Made by a program: the position numbers and the translations under genes | The notes under the pieces: generated by a model | Told to the model about the DNA's origin: nothing | Seen by the model: only the letters and a program-made list of their open reading frames with translations | Databases searched by the model: none | Shown here: piece after piece, positions 26,620 through 40,549 of the stretch | How positions within the stretch are numbered: the first letter of the stretch is position 1 | Layout: every line of letters begins with the position of its first letter | Source: Heptranchias perlo | Lineage: Eukaryota | Length of the DNA stretch: 64,000 nt | Assembly: GCF_035084215.1 (NCBI RefSeq) | Contig: NW_027139442.1 | Coordinates: 1,116,001 to 1,180,000, forward strand | Direction: 5' to 3'

Positions 26620-27795
26620 ACAGCACGAGAGAAGGTATATACAGACAGAAACCCACACACAGTACCAGAGAAGGTATATACAGAGTAAATCCCACACACA
26701 GTACCAGAGAAGGTATATACAGAGTGAATCCCACAAACAGTACTAGAGAAGGTATATACAGAATGAATCCCACACACAGTTCGAGAGAAGGTATAAACAG
26801 AGTGAATCCCACACACAGCAATAGAGAAGGTGTATACAGAATGAATCCCACACACAGTACTAGAGAAGGTATATACAGAATGAATCCCACACACAGCACA
26901 AGAGAAGGTATATACAGAATGAATCCCACACACAGTACTAGAGAAGGTATATACAGAATGAATCCCACACACAGCACAAGAGAAGGTGTATACAGAATGA
27001 ATCCCACACACAGTACTAGAGAAGGTATATACAGAATGAATCCCACACACAGTACTGGAGAAGGTATATACAGAGTGAATCCCACACACAGTACTGGAGA
27101 AGGTATATACAGAGTGAATCCCACACACAGTTCTAGTGAAGGTATATACAGAGTGAATCCCACACACAGTAATAGAGAAGGTATATACAGAGTTAATGCC
27201 ACACACAGTAATAGAGAAGGTATATACAGAATGAATGCCACACACAGTACCAGAGAAGGTATATACAGAGTGAATCCCACACACAGTACCAGAGAAGGTA
27301 TATGCAGAGTGAATCCCACACACAGTACCAGATAAGGTATAGACAGAGTGAATCCCACACACAGTACCAGAGAAGGTATATACAGAGTGAATCCTGCACA
27401 CAGTACCAGAGAAGGTATATACAGTATAATTTCCACACACAGTACCAGAGAAGGTATATACAGGCTGAATGCCACACACAGTACCAGAGAAGGTATATAC
27501 AGAGTGAATCCCACACACAGTACTAGAGAAGTTATATACAGAGTGAATCCCACACACATTACTAGAGAAGGTATATACAGAGTGAATCCCACACACAGTA
27601 CTAGAGAAGGTATATACAGAGTGAATCCCACACACAGTACTAGAGAAGGTATATACAGAGTGAATCCCACACACAGTACCAGAGAAGGTATATACAGAAT
27701 GAATCCCACACACAGTACTAGAGAAGGTATATACAGAATGAATCCCACACACAGTACTAGAGAAGGTATATACAGAGTGAATCCCGCACTCACAT
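26620..27795. repeat. Young 39-bp minisatellite, about 30 copies
   Basis: Unit AGTACCAGAGAAGGTATATACAGAGTGAATCCCACACAC, highly homogeneous. Confidence 0.97.
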
Positions 27796-28567
27796 ATAGT
27801 ACCAGAGTGTGACAGATACAGAATCTATCCCACAATCACACACAGTACCAGAGACTGAGAGATCCCAAATGAATCTCACAGTCACCTACATTAGTACAGG
27901 CTGATTTACACTTAACATACCAGACCAAATATCTCATAATGTCAGATTGAAAGATACATTATCAATTCCATTGGTGCAGACTGATCTACACATTACATAT
28001 CACTACAAAAAAACTGACAAAGATTCAGACTGAAATATACAGTATTCCATTCACACAGACTGAGCTACACATTATATACAAGTTCAAAAATGTCACCATA
28101 TCAGTTTGGAAGACACACCAAATCACAATTGTGTTTCCATCGATAGAGATTTAATAGAATTCCAAAAAGTGCCCACATTCTCTGATTATAACATGCAACA
28201 TTACATTTTGAAGTGTATCAGTATCTACCAATAAAAGACTGGGGAACATATTCATACATTAAGGTATTAAAGTACAGTTTTGAATGCCGTACAATAAACG
28301 GAGATACAATTTACTTAAATATAATGAATGAATCTCACACTCAGATACAGTGCCAGAGACTGACATGTACAATGAATCCCATGCTCACACAATGTACCAG
28401 TGACTGGCAGATCCAGAGTGAATGCCGCACTCACACACTGTGGCACAGACTGACAGATACATAATTTATATCACTCACATACTGTATCAGAAATTAAGAG
28501 GTATGGAATGAATATCTCACTCACTTACAGCACCAGATACAAACAGAAACAGAATGAATCACTCATA

Positions 28568-28577
28568 CACGCGCGCG

Positions 28578-28611
<34 letters not shown>
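28568..28611. repeat. (CG)8(CA)n alternating purine-pyrimidine microsatellite
   Basis: Read directly: CACGCGCGCGCGCGCGCGCACACACA... Confidence 0.95.
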
Positions 28612-28616
<5 letters not shown>

Positions 28617-28979
28617 ACTCAACCAGAGACTGATAGGAACACAATTAATCCCACACTCACACACAGTACCAGTGATTGAGAGATACAGAATGAATCCCAC
28701 ACTCGCACACAGTACCAGAGACTGACAGATACAGAATGAATCCCACACTCAAACACAGAACCAGAGACTGACAGATACAGAATGAACCCCACACCCACAC
28801 ACAGTACCAGAGATTGACAGATACAGACTGAATCCCACACTCACACACAGAACCAGAGAATGACAGATACAGGATGAATCCCACACTCACACACAATACC
28901 AGGGACTGAGAGATAAAGAATTAATCACACACTCACACACAGTACCACCGATTGACAGATACGGAATTAATCTCACAGT

Positions 28980-29760
28980 CATGTTACTGCAAACTGAGTT
29001 ACACATCAGATACCAGTCCAAAAACCTCATAGTGTCTGATTGAAAGATGCAGTATCAATTCCATTAGTGCAGACTGAGCTACATTTTATATACATTGCAA
29101 AATACTCATACAGTATTGTACTGAAACATAAAGTATCAATACCATTGGTACAGACTGCGCTACACGTTACACACAAGTCCAAAAACCTCATAAATGATCA
29201 GACTGGAAGATGTCGTTTCAATTCTATTATCACAGACTGAGACACAGATTACATGGCAGTCCAACAATCTCATAAATGATGACTGGAAGATACAGTATCA
29301 ATTCTATTAGCACAGACTGAACTACACATTACATATCAGTCCGAAAATCTAATACAATATTAGGCTGAAAGATACAGTATCAATTTCATTAGTGCAGACT
29401 GAACCACACATGATATAGCAGTCCAAGAATCTCAAAGAGTATCAGACTCAAAGATACAATATCAATTCCATTAGCACAGACTGAGGTACATGTGACACAC
29501 CAGTCCAAAAATCTCATAGAATATCACATTGAAAGATTCAGTATCACTTCCATTAGTGCAGACTGAGCTACATCTCACATTCCAGGCCAAAATCTCATAC
29601 AGTATCAGACTGATAGAGACAGTATCCACTCCTTTAGTGCAGGATGAGCTACATATTGCATACCAGTTCAAAAATCTCATACAGTGTTCGACTCAGATAC
29701 AGAATTAATTCCATCAGTGCAGACTGAGCTGCACACTACATACCAGTCCAATAATTTCAC
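28980..29760. repeat. 82-bp degenerate satellite block (other blocks at about 1-400, 32150-33290, 51940-52500, 54330-55010, 58020-58740)
   Basis: Consensus CAGACTGAGCTACACATTACATACCAGTCCAAAAATCTCATACAGTATCAGACTGAAAGATACAGTATCAATTCCATTAGTG; starts at 29313 and 29395. Confidence 0.9.
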
Positions 29761-32700
29761 TGTGAACAGATTGAAAGGTACATTATCATTCACAATAGAG
29801 TTCAGAGATTAAGATGTGATCCCACTCCAAAACTCACACACGTTGTTTGATTGAAGAAAATTAATATTTACAGATTAAATACACGATGAAGAACTATATC
29901 ATTAAAAGTGTTAAAGATACAGTTTCAAATACAATGCTGTAAACTGAAATAAGAATACAGAATGAATCCAGACTTGCACATTGTCTCAGAGACTGAATTA
30001 CAGAATGAATCCCAAACTGAGATAAAGCAGCACAGAATGGCAGATACAGAATGTATCCCACACTCAGATACAACACCTGAGATTGACAGATACAGAATGT
30101 ATCCCACACTCAGATACAACACCAGAGATTGACAGATACAGAATGTATCCCACACTCAGATACAACACCAGAGATTGACAGTTGCAGAGTTAATTCCACA
30201 CTCAAACATAGTACCAGAGACTGACTGATACAGAATGAACCCATCACTTATATGCAGTACCTGAAACTGACAGATGCAGAATATACCCCATGCTCACACT
30301 CAAAAACAGAGTCTGACAGATACAGAATGAATCCCAACGTACCAGAGACTGACAGATACAGAATGAACCCATCACTTATATATAGTACCTGAAACTGACA
30401 GATGCAGAATATACCCCATGCTCACACTCAATAACAGAGTCTGACAGATGCAGAATAAACCCCACCAGACACAGTACCAGAGACTGACCTCTACTGGACG
30501 TAAGAGAGAACTGTAAAAGAGCGGAACCAATTCACATTTCCTGTCGTGGTTCCAGAAACAGGACAATGTGCAATGTGAGGAAAGTTTCTGTCTGTAACTT
30601 TTATTCTCGTATTTTTGCACATTTTGATAGTGAAAAATGAAGTCAATTGATTCATAATAATTTTTTTGTTTTACTCATTCGATAGTTGTGAATTTGCCCC
30701 ATTATTTTTCACTTACATTGCGCAGTATTTCTCTCTAATTTCTCAGGATGATTTACATTGCTCCTCTGTCCCGTTTAGACTCTTAATTTCCAAGCAGTCT
30801 GTGGCCTCCTTAATCCCCCTGGCAAAATGCACCAGCTCACACCTTTCTATATTGAAATTCAATGGCCATTTACACGGCCGTTCTGCAAGCTGATTTTGTC
30901 GTAGTCTTCCTCGATATAGACAATATACCCGAAATTAATTACAAGAATTTAAAACAGCGTTGCAAGTAGTGTTTGGTCCAACAGCTCGTCTCCATTCCCA
31001 GTTTTTCTAAATCCCACTCGTGCAATATAATGTGAAGAATGAGTTTATCTTCTGCCCCTCTCTCATCTGCAAACTTCAATGATCCGGGATTTGGGGACAT
31101 CTACTGGCCGGAAGCAGAACTGCAACAGTTCGGAACAAATTGCTGAAACCAGACAATGTGCAGTGTGAGCGTGTTTGTGATTGGTGCCAGGTACTAAATC
31201 TAATTTTTTTCTACCTGCCCTGTTTGTGATTGAACAGTAAACAGAGCCGGACAGTAAGGATGTGGGGAGTTATACAAAGAGCATCTATTGCAGGCATCAT
31301 TTGTGAAATATGAAGGACACATTTTAAACAGCGGCTCTGTGGTTTTGGTTGAACTGTTAGCCCCATCGGAGAGGGGATTAGAAGCCTGACCTGTGCAAAG
31401 GTCCCCGCCCCATCGGGTCGTCCCATTCATGGATAAGCGAAGGTGTTGGCTTGTGTCTGGATGTCACTAAATTGTTGTAAAACAGCCCAACACACCTGGT
31501 GTACAGAAGCTGAGTGCTGCAGTACTGCAGTGGAGTCAGACACTGACACTGTTTGTATCACTGGTTTTCATTTGTGGATATTACAATGAGTATTAACAGA
31601 GAGATTCAATTGATCACTTTTGTATTTTCTACCTCACCTGTTCTTGAGTTACAAGAGATAATTTTTCTTCCTACAGGCAAATCCTTGAAGGACCCAGAAT
31701 CAGTGTGATGTTTCCTCCGCAAGGAACAGTGCAGCCAGCTCCTTCTCACACACAGTAGGTACATTATCACTCAGAGCACAGAGACACAGACAAGTCATCA
31801 GTTCCACAGTCTCACACAGCAGAAATAGTCAATCCCACACTGATCCCAATCCAACAGTCAAACAGAGCAGGAGATACAGATGGAATTTCCATTTCTAAAC
31901 AACTCAGTACCGCTGACCGGCAGATAAATAATTCCCAGTCCAAAATCACACCCAGTATCAGATTGAAAGGCACTGTGTTAATCTCACATTAGTTCAGCCT
32001 TAGCTACAAATTAAATACCAGTTAGAACTGACACATGGGACCGAATGATCGATACAGAATGAATCACAATAGTGTACCCCGAGATTCAAATTAAATACCA
32101 GCCCACAACTCACACACATTATGAGTTTAAAGATGCAGTATTCATGCCAATAGTGTACACTGAGATACAAATTAGATACCAGTTCAGATGTTACCCATAT
32201 TTGACTCACATATATGTCCACAAACTTCATAGTGTCAGAATGAAATGTACAGTGTCAATTCCTTTACTGCAGACTGAGGTACACATTAGATACCAGTCCA
32301 AAATTCTCATACAGTATCAGATTGAAAGATGCAATATCAATTCCATTAATACAGATTGAGCTGCTCATTATATACCAGTGCAAAATTCACATGCAGTATC
32401 GTACTGAAATATACAGTTTCAATTCCTTTACTGCAGACTGAGGTACACAGTAGATGCCAGTCCAAAAATCACATTCAGTGTCAGACTGAAAGACACAGTT
32501 TCGATTTGACTCGTATAGACTGACCCACACTTTACATGCCAGTATACAAATCTCACACAGTATCAGACTGAAAGATACAGTATCAATCCCATTAGTGCAG
32601 ACTGAGTGACACATCATATACTGGTCTAAAAATCTCAGTGACAGGTTGAAAGATACAGTATTAATTCCAACAGTGCAGATTGAGCAACACATATATATAT

Positions 32701-33529
32701 GGTCCAAAATTCGAATACAGTATCGTAATGAAAGATACAGTATCAATTTCATTACTGCAGACTGAGGTACACATTTGTTACCAGTCCAAAATTCTCTTAC
32801 AGTATCAGATTGAAAGATGCATTATCAATTCCATTAGTGCAGACTGAGCTACACATTACATACAGTCCAAAAATCACATTCAGGGTCATGCTGAAAGATA
32901 CAGTATCAATCCCAGTATTGCAGACTGAGCCACACCTTACAAACCAATCTAAATATATTACACGGTATTAGACTGAAAGGCACAGTACGAATTCCATTAG
33001 TACAGACCCAGCTACATATTGTATGCAGTCCAAAATTCGTATATACATATTATCATATTGAAACATACAGTCTGAATCCTATTAGTGTAGACGAAGCTGC
33101 ACATTGCAAACGATTCCAATAATTACTTCAAACTCATGCTGAAAGGTATGGCATCAATTCCATTATTGCGGACTGAGTTATTCCTGACATACCAGTCCAA
33201 ATATAGCACAAAGTGTCAGCCTGAAAGATAAAGTATCAATTCCATTAGCGCAGACTGAGCTACACAATAAATACCAGACCAATAATTTCACGGTAAAATA
33301 TTGAAATATACATTATCATTTACAATAGTCTTTCAAGAGATTTAAGATGTAATCCTACACCAAACCTCACACATTGTTTGATTGAAACAAAATACAGAAG
33401 TGTATCCATATTTAAAAAATAATGCTAGACAAAGGACCGTGCAAACATTAATGAATTAAAGATACAGTTTCAAGTAACATGCTGTATCCTGAAATAAGAA
33501 TACAGAACGAATCCAGACTTGCACTTTGT

Positions 33530-34020
33530 CCCAGAGACTGAGTTACAGAATGAATCCCACACTGAGATAAAATTCCAGAGACTTCCAGTCACAGAATGAA
33601 TCCCACACTCACAGGTGGCTCCAGAGACTGACAGATACAGAATGAATCCCACACTCACACACAGTACCAGAGACTGACAGATACAGAATAAATCCCACAC
33701 TCACAGGCAGCACCAGAGACTGACAGATACAGAATGAATCCCACACTCACACACAGTACCAGAGACTGACAAATTCAGTGTTAATCCCACACTCACTCAA
33801 AGTACCAGAGACTGACAGGTTCAGAATGAATCCCACACTCACACAAAGTACCAGAGACTGACAGATACAGAATGAATCCCACACTCACACAAAGTACCAG
33901 AGACTGACAAATTCAGAATGAATCCCACACTCACATACAGTACCAGAGAATGACAGATAGATAATTAATCTCACACTCACAGACAGTACTGGAGGCTGAC
34001 AGATACAGAATGAATATACA
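33530..34020. repeat. 46-bp satellite block (other blocks at about 28330-28980, 29990-30490, 46120-46680, 47090-48590, 50650-51930, 58970-59240)
   Basis: Unit CAGTACCAGAGACTGACAGATACAGAATGAATCCCACACTCACACA; register 33661/33707/33753. Confidence 0.92.
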
Positions 34021-34404
34021 GTCTGACATCGACTGGCCGTAAGCGAGAACTCTAACAGAGTGGAACAAATTCACATTGTCTGTCGTTACAGAAACAGGAC
34101 AAAGTGCAATGTGAGGAAATAGTTTCTCTCTGTAACTTCTACTCTGTTATTTTTTAATATTTTGACAGTGAAAAATTAAGACAACTGACTCATAATAAAG
34201 TTTTTGTTTTGTTGATTCAAAAGTTGTGAATTTGCCCCATTATATTTCACTGTACATTGCGCAATATTTCTGTCTGATTTCTCAGGACATGAATTAGATT
34301 AATTCAAATAAATCGAACTAAAACACAAATAAAAACTGAGCACAAAGCTGGAAGTTTTAATGGCGACCGTCAAAAGTGAAAGGGATGAAATAGAGAGAAA
34401 AAAA

Positions 34405-34505
34405 TACCAAAAATGCTGGAAAGACTCAGCAGGTCCGGCAGCATATGTGGAGAAGGGAAGCTCGGGTTAACGGTTCAGGACTATGACCCTTCAATAGATC
34501 AGAAA
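34405..34505 (-). mobile_element. Penelope-type terminal-repeat relic with decayed hammerhead core (second copy about 59620-59720)
   Basis: AAATGCTGGAAAGACTCAGCAGGTCCGGCAGCAT...GTTAACGGTTCAGGACTATGACCCTTCA. rc core CTATTGAAGGGTCATAGTCCTGAAC is a mutated CTGATGA..GAAA. Confidence 0.5.
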
Positions 34506-34989
34506 GGTTAATCCGACATAATTTAAATAAGGGACGGGAATCAGCAGAGAGAAAAAACTTCAGAAAATCTATTAATTTCACTGAATCCGGGCAATTGTTT
34601 CCCGTATCCACTGTACAGATCAGTGCAAATAATAATACAAAGGGAAAGAGTTAAATTCAAAGTTATGGGGGAAAGAAATGACCTTTCAAAGTATTTTTTT
34701 AAATATAAATAAGACCCGTTTGTGTTTTCGAAACACGATCTCTCTGAACATCATCAAATTCGGTTCCAGTCTTGGTGATTCTGAATTCAGCGTGCTGGGA
34801 TTCAAACCTGTTGGAATGAACTGTTTGGAAGGCAGCTCTGCTCACCATTATAGCGCCTTATTTCACTAGGAGGGAAAAATCGAGTGTTTCTGTGGATTTT
34901 GGGTTTGGGGTATCTGGTACTTTAATCATAGACAATAAATAGTTTCCAAACATCAGCCCCTGAACAGACACAAAAAGCTGGTGGAATTT

Positions 34990-36030
34990 CTCATTCATAG
35001 ATATTAAATAAGAGGATGGCAAAAGCGAATAGGAAGAGGTTTGGAAGAAGTCACAAAAACAATTAGGGAAGCAAACAGGAACAACGAAATCAAATTATCA
35101 AGGAATATAAAAAGAAATAGTAAATTATTCCACAGACACAAAAATAACAAAAAGGAAAACCAGAATAGTTTGAGTGCCACTAAGGGATGCACAAGATAAA
35201 CTCACAGGTAATGTCAGCGAAATGGCAGAAATAATGAATTGTTACTTTGCCTCAGTATTTACCAGGGAGATTAACAGGGTAAATATGATATAGAGGAAGA
35301 GGTCAATAAAGATATCAAGACATTTAAGTTAGAAAGGGTGGTTAAACTGGTCCAGATGGATTGCATCCGCACATATTAAATGAAGCAAGGGAAGAGATAG
35401 CAGAGGCACTGTTACATATATAGAAAAAAAATCATCACAAAAACGAATAGTGCCAAAGGGCAGGATGATAGTTAATGTGATTCATATATTTTGAAACAGG
35501 AGATAGAACAAGTCCAGGGAACTATAGGCCAGTTAACAAAAGGTCGGTGGTAGGAATGATCATGGAATCTTTTACTCAATGAAGCAATCGAAAAACATCT
35601 AGAAACCGAAAATATAATAAAGAATAGTCAGCACGGATTTCAGAAAGGGAATGTTTAACAGTTTGACAGAAGGTTTGAAAGTTTAAATTACAGTTGAACA
35701 TAACTTATCTGCTTTTCAATTCTATTCCTCTAGACATAAACCCCAGTGCTGTGTTTGCTTTCTGTGGCCTCATCAACCTGTGTTGCTACTTTTAATGATT
35801 TGTCAATCTGTACCCCGAAATCCCTTCGCTCTTCTACCACATTTAGACTCTTATTTTCCAAGCAGTATGAGGCCTCCTTATTCCCCCGAGCAAAATGCAC
35901 CATCTCACACCTTTCTATATTGAAATTCAATGGCCATTTACACCGCCTTTCATCAAGCTTATTAAAGTCTTCTTGTATTTTGTTGGATTCTTCGTCAGTA
36001 TAGACTATACACCCTAAATTAATTACAAGA
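34990..36030. mobile_element. Old CR1 fragments (plus 34990-35660, minus 35700-36030), duplicated at 60200-61250
   Basis: EMAEIMNCYFASVFT, GPDGLHP, PGNYRPV, SQHGFQKG; rc FNIERCEMVHF. Confidence 0.8.
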
Positions 36031-36176
36031 ATTTAATACAGCATGCAACCAACATTTGGTCCAACCAAATGTTTCCAATTCCCAGTTTTTCTAAATCCCA
36101 CTCGTGCAACATAATGTGAAGAATGAGTTTATCTTCTGTCCCTCTCTCACCTGCAAACTTCAATGTCCCGGGGTTT

Positions 36177-36208
36177 GGGGACATCTACTGGCCGGAAGCA
36201 GAACTGCA
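36177..36208 (-). promoter_or_regulatory. Bipartite CTCF-like motif upstream of H2B (copies at 31093, 49199, 56038, 61396)
   Basis: rc TGCAGTTCTGCTTCCGGCCAGTAGATGTCCCC. Confidence 0.55.
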
Positions 36209-36254
36209 ACAGTTCGGAACAAATTGCTCAAACCGGACAATGTGCAGTGTGAGC

Positions 36255-36470
36255 GTGTTTGTGATTGGTGGCAGGTATTAAATCTGATTGGTTTCTTCAG
36301 ATATCCAATCAGAGAGTGAATGGAAAAGGTGACGTTGTATCACTCCGAATGACCCAATCACAATCAATGCCTTCCTCCATCCGTCATTAGCATAGGGCTG
36401 TGGGGCTGCAGATTTAATCCGAGTTCGGAGCGGATTTGGGTCATTCCTGGGTCTGAAATTGAGTTTGAAA
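36255..36470 (+). promoter_or_regulatory. H2B promoter
   Basis: Four CCAAT/ATTGG boxes, TGACGT, octamer variant ATTAGCAT at about 36386, TATA-like ATTTAAT. Confidence 0.65.
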
Positions 36471-36845
36471 ATGCCTGAGGACAAGAAAGCAGCTCCCAAG
36501 AAGGGCGCCAAGAAAACCTTGAGTAAAGCACCAGCCAAGGGCGGCAAGAAGCGGAGAAAGTCGAGGAAGGAGAGTTACTCCATCTACGTCTACAAAGTGA
36601 TGAAGCAGGTTCACCCCGACACCGGCATCTCCTCCAAGGCCATGAGCATCATGAACTCCTTTGTGAACGATATTTTCGAGCGCATCGCGGGTGAGGCTTC
36701 CCGCCTGGCCCATTACAACAAGCGGGCGACCATCAGCTCCCGGGAGATCCAGACCGCCGTGCGCCTGCTGCTGCCCGGGGAACTGGCCAAGCACGCCGTG
36801 TCGGAAGGGACGAAGGCGGTGACCAAGTACACCAGCTCCAAGTAA
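36471..36845 (+). CDS. H2B: Replication-dependent histone H2B (124 aa), copy 1
   Basis: [38 protein letters not shown]; intronless; stem-loop downstream. Confidence 0.99.
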   Translation: MPEDKKAAPKKGAKKTLSKAPAKGGKKRRKSRKESYSIYVYKVMKQVHPDTGISSKAMSIMNSFVNDIFERIAGEASRLAHYNKRATISSREIQTAVRLLLPGELAKHAVSEGTKAVTKYTSSK

Positions 36846-36879
36846 AACTCCACAATGCACTGAAAAAAATGAACACAAA

Positions 36880-36895
36880 GGCTCTTTTAAGAGCC
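36880..36895 (+). terminator. Histone 3' stem-loop (H2B)
   Basis: AAA-GGCTCTTTTAAGAGCC-ACCCA, followed by an HDE-like GAAGACGCTG. Confidence 0.97.
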
Positions 36896-37810
36896 ACCCA
36901 CAGTCTCTCTGAAGACGCTGTAACGACCCCTCTGTGTCGAATCATTTTACTGTAGAATGTTTGATACTAACTGTTTTTCTCTAACTCTTGTGCTTTTCTA
37001 ATTTCTCTTGAAATCTAGTAGATTCTCATCATCACTGCCGGTTATAATCTGTGTGTTGCTTTTTTATTTAGTTCCAATAACCAAAAACGTGTCACTGATC
37101 CTCTCGTTCTCGTTCATATTCCGACCCTTCCCCCGCTACTGCCCATTAAGAGCCGTTTTAAGGGGGTGGATGAGACTTCAGTCATTTTTTTCTCATTTTC
37201 ACGTTTGTTTGTTCATTATTCGGGAATATCACTTTCAGAACCGCAATCCTTTGTAAAGCAACAGCCTTGAAAGAGACTTCACACCGAGTACAGAATAGTC
37301 TGAAGGATCTGTTACTGTTCGACTCCTTGCACCAGGAGTCCCGGCTCCGGTTTCGATCGCGATGCAGCTCCTGCGAACAGGGATCAATCCACAATCTGTC
37401 GTTTGTTCCTTTCACAAAGATTGAGCTGGAATCTGTCTCGTTACAAAATGGGTCTTTATTCCCGCCCGATTGAACATGAACGGTTAATGAAGCCGGATTT
37501 TAACCGGAATGTATAAGGTTCTGGAAGTTGTGACGGAAAATGTGGAACAACAGAGTAAAAGGAGAGAGATATTTAAATTTTTGTCTTTCGCGACATTATT
37601 TACTAAATCCGATTCTTGTGTTACAGAAATATTGGCGGGCTTTTCAAATTTCAAAAAAACGGTTCAGTTCGGTATTTTCCGTCCTTTTCTCCTTCGGCTA
37701 TTGATTTGTGAATAAACAGCTCTCTGATTGGGCTGTTCGTTGAACCAATGAGATTGAGAACAGATGGACCAATCACAAGTGCCCCCACTGCACTCCTCCA
37801 GAAGGTATAA

Positions 37811-38260
<450 letters not shown>

Positions 38261-38290
38261 AGCGATCAAGATTTAACCTGATAACCCAAA

Positions 38291-38306
38291 GGCTCTTTTC
38301 AGAGCC
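38291..38306 (+). terminator. Histone 3' stem-loop (H2A)
   Basis: GGCTCTTTTCAGAGCC-ACCCA; HDE GAAAGGGCTG. Confidence 0.97.
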
Positions 38307-38432
38307 ACCCACGGTATCTATGAAAGGGCTGGTCACTGTCTGTGGGCTCAGGTATTAACTTCAAAAGGACTTGATTCCGATTCGAGAAACTAACAATAAC
38401 TTGTTATGCCCAAATCATCCATATCGGTCTGT

Positions 38433-38466
38433 TGCAGTAATCGCTTCCGGACCGCAGATGTCGCCA
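38433..38466 (+). promoter_or_regulatory. Bipartite CTCF-like motif between the convergent H2A and H3 genes
   Basis: TGCAGTAATCGCTTCCGGACCGCAGATGTCGCCA. Confidence 0.5.
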
Positions 38467-38858
38467 ACGTCCAATCGATTATAATTTGCAGTTTGTCTGG
38501 TGAATGAGACAAAATACCAGAACCGTTAGAATTGCCAACTCGGGCGGGTGGGATACAGAAATACCAGGGACGCTTCATATTATTTACCGTCCCATCCTCG
38601 GACAACACTGGCTCAGTCTGTGTTATTTTACCCAGATTTGTACAACGGATGCTGACTGATGTGCTGTTATTGTATCAGCGATTACTGAATTAAGAATGTG
38701 AGTGAAATTTGTGTTTGGATGTGAGTGAGGTATTTATTCTGTCCCTGTCCGTCTTATATCTGCTCCCTCCCCTTTTTACGTTTCCCATTTAAGCAAATTT
38801 CTCACGACCCTGCCATTTCAACCCAGGAGATCACAGCTCTTTCCATCGCCGATTTGGT

Positions 38859-38874
38859 GGCTCTGAAAAGAGCC
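38859..38874 (-). terminator. Histone 3' stem-loop (H3)
   Basis: rc GGCTCTTTTCAGAGCC-ACCAA; HDE GAAAGAGCTGTG. Confidence 0.97.
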
Positions 38875-38907
38875 TTTGTTGAACTTGGTGCTGAAGTCGG
38901 GTCGGGT

Positions 38908-39552
<645 letters not shown>

Positions 39553-40177
39553 TTAATCTTCAATTTCAAAAAGCCCGCCAATTTCAGAGCATCAAATAAC
39601 AGTTTCAAGAAAATTTCATTTCCCTCCAGCAATTTAAGAATCTCTCTCTTTATAATCTCCATTATTTCCATCTCCTCAGCTCAAATCTCAGGCTGTTTCA
39701 CATTCCGGTTCATTCTCTGATCTGTCTGTAAACGGGCGGGAATAAATCCCCGGTCATTGATTTCCGTAACGGGACAAAGTCCAGCTTCAATTTCAAAAAT
39801 CCCGCCAGTTCCGGCCCGGTGAAGCGCTCCTCAAACAGAAACTTCACATCGAACTGATAATTGAATGAGGGCAGGAAATAAACACCGAGCAGAGAGGACA
39901 CAGCGGGAGAGGGAGTGAGGAGGGATTTTACTCTGAGCGGAGAAGGTAATGTCTGGGGAAAGACTCTGTATCACCGCCTGTTCATTTATACCGTGAAACC
40001 GGGAATTCCGCTCCTTCTCTCGGGACGGCCGAGAACCCGGGCCGTTGTTTCTGATCTCCCTGTACCGAGTTTTGGGGAATCTCCCCATACTAATTAAATA
40101 TCGGAAACTGATTCCCCATCCTGAGATCTTTCCTCTCCCCGTTCCCAGGTCAGTGCTCTCTCTGTGAGGCGGTGGGT

Positions 40178-40193
40178 GGCTCTTAGAAGAGCC
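40178..40193 (-). terminator. Histone 3' stem-loop (H4)
   Basis: rc GGCTCTTCTAAGAGCC-ACCCA; HDE AGAGAGAGCACTG. Confidence 0.97.
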
Positions 40194-40228
40194 TTTGTTT
40201 TGTGTCCGGTTAGAAAGGGTCGAGTTGT

Positions 40229-40549
<321 letters not shown>

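Larger units (their letters stand above)
23390..36470 (+). repeat. Histone-repeat spacer, copy 1 (about 13 kb, modular)
   Basis: Collinear homology with 43370-61687 (promoter module, exon module, satellites, CR1 relics, H2B upstream). Confidence 0.9.

Noticed and set aside
26568-27835. Long ORFs (394, 420, 251 aa) and a CRISPR-like look
   Set aside because: Products of a 39-bp (13-codon) tandem repeat; no unique spacers, no cas genes, vertebrate context
34405-34505. Second active hammerhead ribozyme
   Set aside because: Both core boxes mutated (CTATTGA, GAAC); also degenerate in the 59.7-kb copy
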